Shown: positions 38,222 through 48,367 of the stretch, in pieces
Layout of the letters: every line of letters begins with the position of its first letter
Position numbering within the stretch: the first letter of the stretch is position 1
Source of the DNA: Bacteroidota bacterium
GTDB lineage: Bacteria; Bacteroidota; Bacteroidia; 2-12-FULL-35-15
Length of the DNA stretch: 64,000 nucleotides
Assembly (NCBI GenBank): GCA_947504725.1
Contig: CANNHN010000004.1
Span: forward strand, 21,090 to 85,089
Direction of reading: 5' to 3'
Position numbers and translations under genes: made by a program
The notes under the pieces: model-generated
What the model was told of the DNA's origin: nothing
The model's input: only the letters and a program-made list of their open reading frames with translations
Database searches by the model: none

Positions 38222-38248
38222 AGACGTATTGCTGATTTGGTTTCCATA
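38222..38248 (-). promoter_or_regulatory. Putative ECF sigma promoter for the plug-domain gene
   Basis: TATGGAAAC-N8-CAATACGTCT on the minus strand; twin of 38346-38372. Confidence 0.65.
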
Positions 38249-38345
38249 AATAATAAATTTAACCATTTAGCGCATTGCCATTTAATCACAAAACCTGCCG
38301 TTTACTCATTCCAACAAACTAATCTTTAAAATGGTGGTTTAACTA

Positions 38346-38372
38346 TATGGAATCTGATACTCCAATACGTCT
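38346..38372 (+). promoter_or_regulatory. Putative autoregulatory ECF sigma promoter
   Basis: TATGGAATC-N8-CAATACGTCT, 44 bp upstream of the ECF start codon. Confidence 0.65.
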
Positions 38373-38416
38373 AACTATCAAGCACCGATTCCGGATCATT
38401 TTAAAAACATCGGATT

Positions 38417-38989
38417 ATGAGTTACTCTACTTCAAATCAAAGCCATTTAACCGATAATGAATTGGTAAAACAGTACAAAATTACTGGGGATAAAATTTAT
38501 GTGGGAGAATTGTACAAAAGATATACGCATTTGGTTCTTGGAATGTGTATCAACTATTTTAAAGATAGAGATGTTGCAAAAGATATGACGCTTCAAATTT
38601 TCGAAAAATTGTTTGATGAATTAAAAAAACGGGAAGTGGAAAATTTTAAAGCATGGTTAACATTTGTTGTTCGCAATTATTGCATTTCCGAGTTAAGAAA
38701 AATGCAAACACAATTAAATCGCGATATACAATATCAATACGAATTAAAATCTCAACAACATGAAGATGATACTGAAAAATCGGTTCAGGAAGAGCAAAAA
38801 CTGGAGGCTTTGGAAAAAGCGATGGAAAGTTTAAATCCATTTCAAAAAAAATGCATTGAATTGTTTTACCTGAAAAACATGAGCTACACTCAAATAGTTG
38901 AAATGACTGGCTATTCGGTAAATGAAGTGAAAAGCTATATTCAGAATGGTAAAAGAAATTTAAAAATGATAATCACAAATATTAAATAA
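38417..38989 (+). CDS. ECF sigma-70 factor
   Basis: Region 2 FKAWLTFVVRNYC; region 4 MSYTQIVEMTGYSVNEVKSYIQNGKRNL. Confidence 0.92.
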   Translation: MSYSTSNQSHLTDNELVKQYKITGDKIYVGELYKRYTHLVLGMCINYFKDRDVAKDMTLQIFEKLFDELKKREVENFKAWLTFVVRNYCISELRKMQTQLNRDIQYQYELKSQQHEDDTEKSVQEEQKLEALEKAMESLNPFQKKCIELFYLKNMSYTQIVEMTGYSVNEVKSYIQNGKRNLKMIITNIK

Positions 38990-38997
38990 CCGTCCCC

Positions 38998-40068
38998 ATG
39001 AACACGAACTACATCAACTGTTTATCTTTCGAGCAACTTCAATCATACTCGCTTCATAAAAGTGATAAAGAAGAACACGCTCATTTATATATGCACATTT
39101 CTACGTGTGAATTGTGCGCTTGTGCGGTTAACGGATTTACTGCCATTTCTTTTACTTCTGCTGATGTTGACGCCATCGATCATCAGATTGACATGAAAAC
39201 AAATGCTATACACGCAAATCCGTTAACCTTTGCACATGTTTTGATTGCTTGTGTTTCTATAGCCACGATTTTTGGATTTTATTTTTTCGCCAATTCTTTT
39301 TCAGATAACAAATCAACATTAGCTGTTTTAGAAAATGTAAAGCCAATCACATTGCCTTTGGTTGAAGAAATTATAATAGTTGTTGAACCTGAAGTGGTTT
39401 CTGTTCCCAAAGAAAATTTTAAAAATGAAACAGTTGTAGAAAATGAAGTAGTAGAAAAATTAAATATTCTTGTTGAGCCAATGGAAAGTATTACACCTGA
39501 TTTAATTCACAACTCTGTAAAAACTTCCGATGTATTCGTTGAAAATGTTTTTAATGCAAATGTTATTTACATATATGATTTGAAAGTAACCAATTACAAT
39601 GCACTTTATTTTAATTATCAGATAAATATATTCGAAATTAAGGGTCACACGCCTCCTAATAAGGAAAATAAAGAAAGTGCGAACACTTTTTTTGAAAAAG
39701 ATTTTGAACAAACTATTGCAGCTGATAAGGTGTTAAAGGCCGGATTAACGCACTTCAATAAAGGGAAATACGAAAAAGCATTAGGAGAGTTTCAAATCTT
39801 GTTAGACGCAAATCCTAACGATATCAACTCCTTGTTTTACAGCGCGGTTTCTTACTATCACATTGGAAAATATGATCGCAGTATAAAAAATTTAGAAGCA
39901 GTTTTAAAATCGGCTAACAATACGTTTCATCCGGAAGCAAAATGGAATTTAGCTTTGTCTAATCTAAAAATTGGTGAAAAAGCAAAAGCAAAACAATTTT
40001 TGATTGAAATTGTAAATGAAAAAGGATTTTATTCTAAGAGAGCATTAGACAAGTTGAAAGGGCTGTAA
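38998..40068 (+). CDS. Putative anti-sigma factor: zinc-binding HxxxCxxC, TM helix, C-terminal TPR
   Basis: HISTCELC motif; hydrophobic segment at about aa 78-97; TPR-like repeats; directly follows the ECF gene. Confidence 0.75.
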   Translation: MNTNYINCLSFEQLQSYSLHKSDKEEHAHLYMHISTCELCACAVNGFTAISFTSADVDAIDHQIDMKTNAIHANPLTFAHVLIACVSIATIFGFYFFANSFSDNKSTLAVLENVKPITLPLVEEIIIVVEPEVVSVPKENFKNETVVENEVVEKLNILVEPMESITPDLIHNSVKTSDVFVENVFNANVIYIYDLKVTNYNALYFNYQINIFEIKGHTPPNKENKESANTFFEKDFEQTIAADKVLKAGLTHFNKGKYEKALGEFQILLDANPNDINSLFYSAVSYYHIGKYDRSIKNLEAVLKSANNTFHPEAKWNLALSNLKIGEKAKAKQFLIEIVNEKGFYSKRALDKLKGL

Positions 40069-40081
40069 TTATTAAATCAAA

Positions 40082-40210
40082 TGTCACTTCGAGTGATTCT
40101 TCGACAAAGGAGAAGAATTGTATCGAGAAGTATTTGTAAATTAGAATAGGCTTCGCAATCAGTTCTCGATACATTTCTTTCGTTTCACTTTAGAAACACT
40201 TGAAGTGACA
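40082..40210. repeat. REP-like inverted palindrome pair
   Basis: TGTCACTTCGAGTG..TGTATCGAGAA / TTCTCGATACA..CACTTGAAGTGACA. Confidence 0.75.
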
Positions 40211-40275
40211 GCATTTTTGTATTGTAGCTTTCTAACCAACAATTCTAATATCTTTGTCGCACTAAAATTATAATA

Positions 40276-41166
40276 GTGAACACAAAGGCTATCAACTGGA
40301 TTATTTTAATTGCATTAGCACTTACTTGGGGAAGCTCATTTATTCTGATGAAAAGAGGAATGGATGTTTATTCTAGTGAAGAAGTTGCGGCCTTGCGAAT
40401 ATTTATTGCTTTTCTTTTTTTATCTCCACTTATTTTCAAGTATGTTAAAAAGCCTTTGCTCAAACATTGGAAAGGATTTTTAGGAATGGGCGTGCTTGGC
40501 AATTTAATTCCCGCATTCTTATTTACAAAAGCAGAAACAGGAATCAGTAGTTCGTTAACTGGAATGCTGAATTCACTCACTCCGTTATTTACTTTGTTGT
40601 TGGGTGTATTGTTATTCAAATCAAAAACAAAATGGATAAATGTGGTTGGAATTTTAATAGGATTTGTTGGAGCAATTGGTTTATTATTAGTTGGTAAATC
40701 CGAAGACATGACTAATAATTTGTTTTTTGGATTTTATGTGGTTTTGGCAACTGTATGTTATGCGTTAAGTGTAAACATCATCAAAAAAGATTTAAACGAA
40801 GTTAATTCAATTGCAGCTACCGTTTGGGCGATGATGTTTATTGGTCCGTTTGCTGGAATCTACCTCTTTGGGTTCACCGATTTTACAACCAAACTAAGCT
40901 CCAATCCAATGGCATATAGTAGTTTAGGGTATATTGTGATTTTGGCAGTTTTCGGAACAGCCCTTTCGGTAATAATTTTTAATGTTCTTATTCGTAATAC
41001 AAATGCCTTATTTGCCTCATCCGTTACCTACTTAATTCCAATTGTAGCATTAATGTGGGGTATTTTAGATGGAGAATACGTTCAACTTCTTCATTTTGTG
41101 TGGATTACAATAATTTTGTTGGGGGTTTATTTGGTCAACAAAAAGGCTCCTACCTCCAAAAAATAA
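40276..41166 (+). CDS. EamA/DMT-family transporter
   Basis: TWGSSFILMK, LNSLTPLFT, SVTYLIPIVA; about 10 TM segments. Confidence 0.92.
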   Translation: MNTKAINWIILIALALTWGSSFILMKRGMDVYSSEEVAALRIFIAFLFLSPLIFKYVKKPLLKHWKGFLGMGVLGNLIPAFLFTKAETGISSSLTGMLNSLTPLFTLLLGVLLFKSKTKWINVVGILIGFVGAIGLLLVGKSEDMTNNLFFGFYVVLATVCYALSVNIIKKDLNEVNSIAATVWAMMFIGPFAGIYLFGFTDFTTKLSSNPMAYSSLGYIVILAVFGTALSVIIFNVLIRNTNALFASSVTYLIPIVALMWGILDGEYVQLLHFVWITIILLGVYLVNKKAPTSKK

Positions 41167-41278
41167 GGTTTTTTTAGGAAAATTACCCTAAAACCTTTGC
41201 CACATTCAAATAAATTCTTAATTTCGTGCCCCCAAGAAAATAATGTCTTGGAATTATAAACAAATAAAACCCTATACA

Positions 41279-41761
41279 ATGTATGCAATCGTAGAAATAG
41301 CAGGGCAACAATTTAAGGTTGAACGTGGAGTTAAAGTTTACGTACACCGCCTAGATGCTAACGAAGGGGCTAAAGTTGAATTCGACAAAGTTTTGTTGGT
41401 TGACAATGGCGGAAAAGTTCAAATTGGAACTCCTTCAATTGATGGTGCAAAAGTGGCTGCAACAGTCCTTTCACACTTAAAAGGTGACAAAGTCATCGTA
41501 TTTAAAAAGAAACGCAGAAAAGGTTACCAAAAATCAAATGGTCACCGTCAGCAATTAACTCAAATTCTTGTACAAGGAATTTTAGGAAAAGGCGAAACGT
41601 TGAAAGATGAGATTAAGGTAGAGAAAAAAGCGCCAAAAGCAGATGCTCCAGTAGTAGAAGCAAAAAAGGCAGCTCCTAAAAAAGCAGCAGCTAAGTCTGA
41701 AGAGGCTCCTGCAAAAAAGAAAGCAGCTCCTAAAAAAGCAGCTAAGAAAACAGAAGAGTAA
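41279..41761 (+). CDS. rplU: 50S ribosomal protein L21 with Ala/Lys/Pro-rich tail
   Basis: [27 protein letters not shown]. Confidence 0.97.
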   Translation: MYAIVEIAGQQFKVERGVKVYVHRLDANEGAKVEFDKVLLVDNGGKVQIGTPSIDGAKVAATVLSHLKGDKVIVFKKKRRKGYQKSNGHRQQLTQILVQGILGKGETLKDEIKVEKKAPKADAPVVEAKKAAPKKAAAKSEEAPAKKKAAPKKAAKKTEE

Positions 41762-41828
41762 TTTTTAATAATATTTTAAAGCCTAGAAGTACTTTAACTT
41801 TTAAACTTTAAACTTTAAACTTAAAAAA

Positions 41829-42095
41829 ATGGCACATAAAAAAGGTGCGGGTAGTTCTAAGAACGGTCGCGAATCTCATAGCAAACGCCTAGGCGTTAAA
41901 ATTTTTGGTGGTCAATTAGCTATCTCTGGTAACATCATTGTTCGCCAAAGAGGTACTAAACACAATCCAGGTGAAAACGTGGGTATTGGTAAAGACCATA
42001 CTTTATTTGCATTGGTAGATGGTACAGTGGAATTCAAAAGAAAACGTAATGATAGATCATATGTTTCGATTGTTCCATTTTCTACTGAAGCATAA
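41829..42095 (+). CDS. rpmA: 50S ribosomal protein L27
   Basis: [24 protein letters not shown]. Confidence 0.98.
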   Translation: MAHKKGAGSSKNGRESHSKRLGVKIFGGQLAISGNIIVRQRGTKHNPGENVGIGKDHTLFALVDGTVEFKRKRNDRSYVSIVPFSTEA

Positions 42096-42116
42096 TAGGA
42101 AATATAATTTATAATT

Positions 42117-42155
42117 ATCTCCCGGCTTCCAACGAGGTTCGGGAGATTTTTATTT
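42117..42155 (+). terminator. Intrinsic terminator after rpmA
   Basis: TCTCCCG...CGGGAGA followed by TTTTTATTT. Confidence 0.65.
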
Positions 42156-42210
42156 AATTCAAGTGAATATTACATCTTCCATCTAACATCATACATTTTA
42201 CATCTCATTT

Positions 42211-43482
42211 ATGTTACAACTTAATTATATCCGTGAAAATAAAGACGAAGCAATTGCTCGTTTAGCAATCAAAAATTTTGACGCAAAAAACATTCTAGAA
42301 AATGTTCTAGAAATGGATGTTACACGCAAAAAAATTCAAAATGAATTGGATGCTATCTTAAATGAAGCAAACGTTCTTGCTAAACAAGTAGGTGATTTAT
42401 ACAAGCAAGGAAAAAAAGCGGAAGGCGATGATTTAAAAAGTAAAAGCGCACAGCTAAAAGAAAATTCTAAAAAATTAGAAGAGCAGTTAACAATCATTGA
42501 AAAAGAGCAACACGATTTATTAGTTCAAGTTCCGAATGCGCCAAGTACAAAAGTTCCAAAAGGAAAAACTCCGGAAGACAATGAGAATGTTTATGAAGAA
42601 GGAGAAATTCCAAAACTATACGATGGAGCAAAACCACATTGGGAACTTACTACAAAATATGATTTGATTGATTTTGAATTGGGAGTTAAATTAACTGGTG
42701 CTGGGTTTCCCGTATACAAAGGAAAAGGAGCTCGTTTACAAAGAGCATTGATTAATTTCTTTTTAGACAGAGCAACTGCTGCTGGATATTTAGAAATTCA
42801 ACCACCCATTTTAGTAAACGAAGCATCAGGTTATGCAACAGGACAACTTCCGGATAAGGAAGGACAAATGTATCATTCAACAATTGATAATTTATATTTG
42901 ATTCCTACTGCTGAAGTTCCCATCACAAATATTTACCGTGATGTCATTTTAAAAGCGGATCAATTGCCGATTAAAAATTGTGGTTACACTCCTTGTTTCA
43001 GAAGAGAAGCAGGAAGTTACGGAGCACATGTACGTGGATTAAATCGTTTACATCAATTTGATAAAGTAGAAATTGTACAAATTGCTCATCCTGATAAATC
43101 TTATGAAACATTGGAAGATATGCGTAATTATGTTGCAGGATTATTGCGTGAATTGGAATTGCCTTTCAGAATATTGAAACTATGCGGAGGTGATATGAGT
43201 TTTGCTTCTGCATTAACATACGATTTCGAAACATATTCTACAGCGCAACAAAAATGGTTGGAAGTAAGTTCTGTTTCTAATTTCGAAACTTTCCAAAGTA
43301 ATAGATTGAAATTACGTTTCAAAGATGGTGATGCAAAGCCTGTATTGGCGCATACTCTAAACGGAAGTGCATTGGCATTACCAAGAATTGTTGCAACGAT
43401 GTTAGAAAATAATCAAACAGCAGAAGGAATTAAAATTCCGAAAGTGTTGGTTCCTTATTGTGGGTTTGATATGATAAAGTAA
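42211..43482 (+). CDS. serS: Serine--tRNA ligase
   Basis: LIPTAEVP, CFRREAGS, RLHQFDKVE, EVSSVSN, HTLNGSALA. Confidence 0.98.
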   Translation: MLQLNYIRENKDEAIARLAIKNFDAKNILENVLEMDVTRKKIQNELDAILNEANVLAKQVGDLYKQGKKAEGDDLKSKSAQLKENSKKLEEQLTIIEKEQHDLLVQVPNAPSTKVPKGKTPEDNENVYEEGEIPKLYDGAKPHWELTTKYDLIDFELGVKLTGAGFPVYKGKGARLQRALINFFLDRATAAGYLEIQPPILVNEASGYATGQLPDKEGQMYHSTIDNLYLIPTAEVPITNIYRDVILKADQLPIKNCGYTPCFRREAGSYGAHVRGLNRLHQFDKVEIVQIAHPDKSYETLEDMRNYVAGLLRELELPFRILKLCGGDMSFASALTYDFETYSTAQQKWLEVSSVSNFETFQSNRLKLRFKDGDAKPVLAHTLNGSALALPRIVATMLENNQTAEGIKIPKVLVPYCGFDMIK

Positions 43483-43499
43483 AATTTGAAAGTTTTAAA

Positions 43500-43715
43500 T
43501 CATTTGCCCAGGAATTCAAACCTGGGCATTTTTTTTCCTTCTATCTCAACTTCTTCTAAAAACATTTCCAAAGGTCGCACCCACAAACTTTCTCCTTCTG
43601 TCTGATACAAGGCTTTGTAAACAACTAATTCTTCTAGTGTTTCGCTGTGGAGTGCAATTCCTATTACTTCGTATTGTTTGCCTTTGTAGTGTTTGTATTT
43701 TCCGAGTTTGATCAT
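43500..43715 (-). CDS. DUF1653-type protein
   Basis: [31 protein letters not shown]. Confidence 0.9.
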   Translation of the reverse strand: MIKLGKYKHYKGKQYEVIGIALHSETLEELVVYKALYQTEGESLWVRPLEMFLEEVEIEGKKMPRFEFLGK

Positions 43716-43860
43716 CTTTTTAATATTGGTTGGATTTACTAACAATGATAGTCATCATCCCCCTGCCCCCTTCAAAGGGGGAATGGATCCGTCTTACATC
43801 AAAATACTAGTCAAAATATAAAATTTTATCTGTGAAAATCTGTGTAATCTGTGGTGAAAA

Positions 43861-44499
43861 TTATGTCAAAAACGGATTATGCTTTTTCTCAAAACCAATC
43901 GTAGTTGGTTGCCCATGCCCGCTATACACTTTAAAATCATCTCCCAGTGGAAATAATTTTGTTTTAATGTTATTAATTAACGTTTCATGATTTCCTCCAG
44001 GTAAATCGGTTCTTCCAATGCTGCCGTAAAATAAAACATCACCCGCAATCATAAATTTTTCTTCCCGATTATAGAATGTAATGCTTCCAGGTGAATGTCC
44101 AGGTGTAAATAAAATTTCCAATTTCGAGTTTCCGAATTCAATAAGATCTCCTTCTTCTAAAAAAACAGAAGGTTGAGGTGAAGGGTCGCAATTCATTCCG
44201 TAAAGGTCACAAGTCATCTGAAAAGCATCCAAAATGCGCTGGTCATTCTTGTTCATTTCCAGTTTCAACTTATACGTATCCGCCACAAATCGATTTCCGA
44301 AAATATGGTCCAAATGACAGTGGGTATTTAGTAGTTTTACAGGTTTTAGTCCCTTATCAGCTATGAATTTTGCCAAAATAGCCCTTTCCGAATCGTCATA
44401 ACAACCTGGGTCAATGATAATACAGTCCTTGGTTTCGTCCCAAAGGAGATACATGTTTTCTTGAATTGGATTAAATGTGAACGAATGGATTGAAATCAT
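43861..44499 (-). CDS. MBL-fold metallo-hydrolase (glyoxalase II-like)
   Basis: THCHLDH, TPGHSPG, GDVLF, GRTDLPGG, SGHG. Confidence 0.93.
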   Translation of the reverse strand: MISIHSFTFNPIQENMYLLWDETKDCIIIDPGCYDDSERAILAKFIADKGLKPVKLLNTHCHLDHIFGNRFVADTYKLKLEMNKNDQRILDAFQMTCDLYGMNCDPSPQPSVFLEEGDLIEFGNSKLEILFTPGHSPGSITFYNREEKFMIAGDVLFYGSIGRTDLPGGNHETLINNIKTKLFPLGDDFKVYSGHGQPTTIGFEKKHNPFLT

Positions 44500-44602
44500 A
44501 ATAAAGTCGTTAAAATTACGTTTCAAAAGTAGCAAAAATACAGGTTTGTCCCTTGTTATTGCCTTCATTATTTAGTAATTTAGCATTCTAATCAGATTTT
44601 AC

Positions 44603-47600
44603 GTGAGTTCGATTTTTACCTCTACATATAAAAAAGGATTTCTAAAGCTTATCTTGGTATTCGTTGTTTTTTCGAATACAAATCTATCTGCACAATTTTA
44701 CAGTGGTTCCCAAACCGATTTCGGAAAAAATCGTGTTAAATACGATAACTATTTCTGGACCTATTATTCTTATCCTAAATACGAAGTTTATTTTTACGAG
44801 CAAGGGAGAGAATTGTCTAACTATGTTTCTGTTTCTGCAAAAACACAGATGGAAAAAGTAGAAAAACTATTTGATTATTCGTTTGAAGATAAAGTTCAAT
44901 TTATCGTTTACAATAAACAATCTGATTACAAACAAAGTAACATCGGACTTTCCTCTGAAGAAGATTATAATACAGGTGGTGTCACACGAGTGGTTGGCTC
45001 AAAGGTGATTTTGTTTTACGAGGGAGACCATGCGAAACTTGATGCACAAATTCGTTCAGGATTGGCAGAGGTGCTAATTAATGAAATGATGTACGGTGGG
45101 AATGTGCGTGAGATGGTGAAAAATAGCACGCTTTTAAATTTACCAGATTGGTATATTAAAGGTTTAGTAGATTATGTTGCTTGTGATTGGAATTCAGATA
45201 TTGATAGTCGGGTTAGAGATGGAATTACAAGTGGAAGATATAAAAACATTAATCGTTTGGAAGGTAACGATGCGAAGTATGCTGGACATGCATTGTGGAA
45301 ACATATAGCTGATAATTATGGAGAAGCTGTTATCTCCAATATTTTGTACATGACAAAAGTTAGTCGAAACATTGATAATTCTTCATTGTTTGTTTTGGGA
45401 ATCTCGGTGAAAAACCTTTGGAGTGAATGCTACGATTCTTATACAGGTAAATATGTAGAGAGAGATACTGCTTCCACAATGCCGAAACAAATTCCTTTAA
45501 AAGTTAAAAAACCGAAGGCAGCGCGTGTATATGGTCAAATGAAATTGAGTCCAGATGGTAATTATGTTTTATATACAACTAATGAAATGGGACAATACAA
45601 AATTTGGTTGTATGATATTCAAAAAAACAAAGCAAAACGAATTTTAAAATCAGGACAAAAAATTGATCGTCCGAGTGACTATTCTTTTCCATTAGTGGCA
45701 TGGCATCCAAGTGGAAAATTATTTTCCTATATCATTGAGCGAAAAAGTTATTTGGTTTTAACAACATATGAATTAGAGACAAAGGACCGGACAGAACGTA
45801 ACATTACGGGTTTCGAAAAAATATTGGATTATTCGTATAACAATGAAGGTAAAAAGTTTGTAATGTCTGCAGTTAAAAAGGGGCAGACTGACATTTTTGT
45901 TTTTATTGCAGCATCTAGTGGTTACGATCAAATCACAAATGATATTTATGATGATCTAACACCTCGTTTTGTACATAATTCAAAAGAAATTGTTTTCTCT
46001 TCTAATCGCCCATTGGATACTTTGTTTTATGATCCAAAAAGAAAATCAGAACCAGCAATGGCCAATAAAGATTTGTTTGTCTTTGACAATGTCGCTAAAT
46101 CCAGAGTTTTGAAACGTGTCACGAATACGCCATATATAGATGAAATTTACCCTGCTGACTATGATAGCACTCACATTTCTTATCTGAGTGATTTGAATGG
46201 TATACGTAATCGATATATTGCTCGTTTTGATAGTGTAATTGCTTTTGTGGATACATCAGAGCATTATCGCACGGTTGTATCTTCTTATCCGATCACAAAT
46301 TACAAACGCAATATTATTGAGCAGGATGTAAACTCGATTGGGAATAAGTATTCAGAAATAATTTTTGAAAATGGGAAGTATAAATTATATGTAGCTCCGT
46401 TAATTCCATCTGATCAAGTTACAAAACTTAAACTTAAGAATACATCATATCGTGATTACAAAAATAGAATTGAGCATAAAGAAGAAGTTGAAGCGCAGAC
46501 AAAAGATAAAAATTTAAAGGAAACTCCTAAAGCTGAAAATGTAAAAATTGTAATCAGCATAAGTGAGCCAGTTAAAAAGAAAGATTCTACTGAAGTAGAT
46601 ATTAATAACTACACGTTTGAAAACGAACAACCGAAAGTAGGCAAAGATGGTATTGTTCAGCCACCTTTAAATGTTGACACATCTAGCAAAGCAATAGCAA
46701 ACCCAAGTGCAGATTTTGTTTTATCTAAACAAAAAAATTATAACATTAATTATTCTGTTGATTATGTTGTTTCGCAAATCGACAATTCTTTTTTAAACGC
46801 AAACTATCAAAAATTTGCTGGTGGCGGAAGCCCGATTTATTTGAATCCAGGTATCAATGCTTTTTTTAAAGTAGGGGTAAGTGATTTATTTGAGGATTAT
46901 AGAATTGTTGGTGGTGTTCGATTTTCTGGCGATTTAAATAGTAATGAATTCTTTTTAAGTCGCGAGAATAGGATAAAAAATATTGACAAGCAAGTTGTCT
47001 TACATCGTCAATCATTATTAGATATAGTTGATAATAGTTCACTTGTTAAAATATACACGCATGGGGCTAAATTCATTTTGAAATATCCATTCAATGAGGT
47101 GACTAGTTTGCGTGGAAGTTTGAACTATCGTAATGATAAAATTGTTTACACAGGGACTGATTTAAATAATTTACAACGAAAGAATTCGTATGAAAATTGG
47201 GGGTCATTAAAATTGGAATGGATTTTTGATAATACTATTAAAAAAGGATTGAATCTATTTAATGGCACTCGAGCAAAAGTATTTGGTGAATATTATAATC
47301 GTGTGGATAGATTAGTAAAGGCTTACTATTTGAAAGAAGTTCCAAAAGTAGATTTCTTTGTTTTAGGGTTAGATGTTCGTAATTACAAGAAAATACATCG
47401 TGATTTAATTTGGGCTAATCGATTAGCTGCTAGTACTTCTTTCGGAAATAATAAATTGATTTATTACATGGGCGGAGTTGATAATTGGTTCAACCCTAAA
47501 TTTGATAATACAACTAATATTGCGACAGATCAAAACTATACTTATCAAACGTTAGCAACGAACATGCGAGGATTTTTTCAGAACGCAAGAAACGGGAACA

Positions 47601-47962
47601 GCTTTGTCGTACTAAATAGTGAATTGCGTTTCCCGATTTTTAAATATTTTTTTAAGAGACCAATTCGTTCCGATTTTATTCAGAATTTCCAGGTAATTGG
47701 ATTTGGTGATTTGGGAACTGCATGGACTGGCAACTCACCATATTCAGAAAACAATGCTTTGAACACCACAATCGTTGGTAGTTCAATCACTCCATTAATT
47801 ATTACTCTAAAAAATCAACACAATCCAATAGTGGGAGGTTATGGTTGGGGTGTAAGAAGTAGAGTATTCGGTTATTTTATTCGCGTAGACAGAGCTTGGG
47901 GTGTACAAGATGGAATTGTACTCAAGCCAATTTGGTATTTATCGCTCTCACTTGATTTCTAA
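44603..47962 (+). CDS. Large outer-membrane protein: TolB/PD40-like propeller plus C-terminal Omp85-like barrel
   Basis: Signal peptide; LSPDGNY, WHPSGK, IVFSSNR propeller motifs; NMRGF, ELRFP, FGDLGTAW; C-terminal YLSLSLDF. Confidence 0.7.
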   Translation: MSSIFTSTYKKGFLKLILVFVVFSNTNLSAQFYSGSQTDFGKNRVKYDNYFWTYYSYPKYEVYFYEQGRELSNYVSVSAKTQMEKVEKLFDYSFEDKVQFIVYNKQSDYKQSNIGLSSEEDYNTGGVTRVVGSKVILFYEGDHAKLDAQIRSGLAEVLINEMMYGGNVREMVKNSTLLNLPDWYIKGLVDYVACDWNSDIDSRVRDGITSGRYKNINRLEGNDAKYAGHALWKHIADNYGEAVISNILYMTKVSRNIDNSSLFVLGISVKNLWSECYDSYTGKYVERDTASTMPKQIPLKVKKPKAARVYGQMKLSPDGNYVLYTTNEMGQYKIWLYDIQKNKAKRILKSGQKIDRPSDYSFPLVAWHPSGKLFSYIIERKSYLVLTTYELETKDRTERNITGFEKILDYSYNNEGKKFVMSAVKKGQTDIFVFIAASSGYDQITNDIYDDLTPRFVHNSKEIVFSSNRPLDTLFYDPKRKSEPAMANKDLFVFDNVAKSRVLKRVTNTPYIDEIYPADYDSTHISYLSDLNGIRNRYIARFDSVIAFVDTSEHYRTVVSSYPITNYKRNIIEQDVNSIGNKYSEIIFENGKYKLYVAPLIPSDQVTKLKLKNTSYRDYKNRIEHKEEVEAQTKDKNLKETPKAENVKIVISISEPVKKKDSTEVDINNYTFENEQPKVGKDGIVQPPLNVDTSSKAIANPSADFVLSKQKNYNINYSVDYVVSQIDNSFLNANYQKFAGGGSPIYLNPGINAFFKVGVSDLFEDYRIVGGVRFSGDLNSNEFFLSRENRIKNIDKQVVLHRQSLLDIVDNSSLVKIYTHGAKFILKYPFNEVTSLRGSLNYRNDKIVYTGTDLNNLQRKNSYENWGSLKLEWIFDNTIKKGLNLFNGTRAKVFGEYYNRVDRLVKAYYLKEVPKVDFFVLGLDVRNYKKIHRDLIWANRLAASTSFGNNKLIYYMGGVDNWFNPKFDNTTNIATDQNYTYQTLATNMRGFFQNARNGNSFVVLNSELRFPIFKYFFKRPIRSDFIQNFQVIGFGDLGTAWTGNSPYSENNALNTTIVGSSITPLIITLKNQHNPIVGGYGWGVRSRVFGYFIRVDRAWGVQDGIVLKPIWYLSLSLDF

Positions 47963-47995
47963 GTTTTAAGACTCTTGAAAAAATCTGAATTACAT

Positions 47996-48358
47996 ATGAC
48001 AACAATAATTATTTTGCTGTGCCTCGGCTTAGTTGCAGGTATGTTAAGCGGTTTGGTGGGTATTGGTGGAGGGATTGTTATTGTTCCCGCGTTAGTTTAT
48101 TTTTTAGGATATTCTCAGCATCAAGCACAAGGAACAGTTTTGTTTATGTTTTTGTTGCCAATCGGAATTTTAGGTGTTTTTAATTATTATCAAGCAGGTC
48201 ATATTGAGTGGAAAACTGCATTTATAATTGCAAGTACATTTTTAATCGGTAGTTATTTCGGCTCTAAAATTTCTATTGCAATTGACCAAACAACGTTGAA
48301 AAAAGTATTCGGAGTAATTATTTTATTACTCTCTTTAAAAATGATTTTTGGTAAATAG
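47996..48358 (+). CDS. TauE/SafE (TSUP) family membrane protein, half-size
   Basis: SGLVGIGGGIVIVPAL, QHQAQGT. Confidence 0.88.
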   Translation: MTTIIILLCLGLVAGMLSGLVGIGGGIVIVPALVYFLGYSQHQAQGTVLFMFLLPIGILGVFNYYQAGHIEWKTAFIIASTFLIGSYFGSKISIAIDQTTLKKVFGVIILLLSLKMIFGK

Positions 48359-48367
48359 AAAACGACT

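Noticed and set aside
38159-38266. Extended start for the plug-domain gene
   Set aside because: It overlaps the predicted ECF promoter; the signal peptide begins at ATG 38158.
38261-38308. CCATTTA/CCGTTTA repeats as another LytTR site
   Set aside because: Spacings of 15 and 20 bp are inconsistent with the 21-bp pattern; too weak to call.
41620-41760. Repeated GCAGCTCCTAAAAAAGCAGC in rplU
   Set aside because: Encodes the AAPKKAA low-complexity tail commonly seen on L21; not a DNA element.
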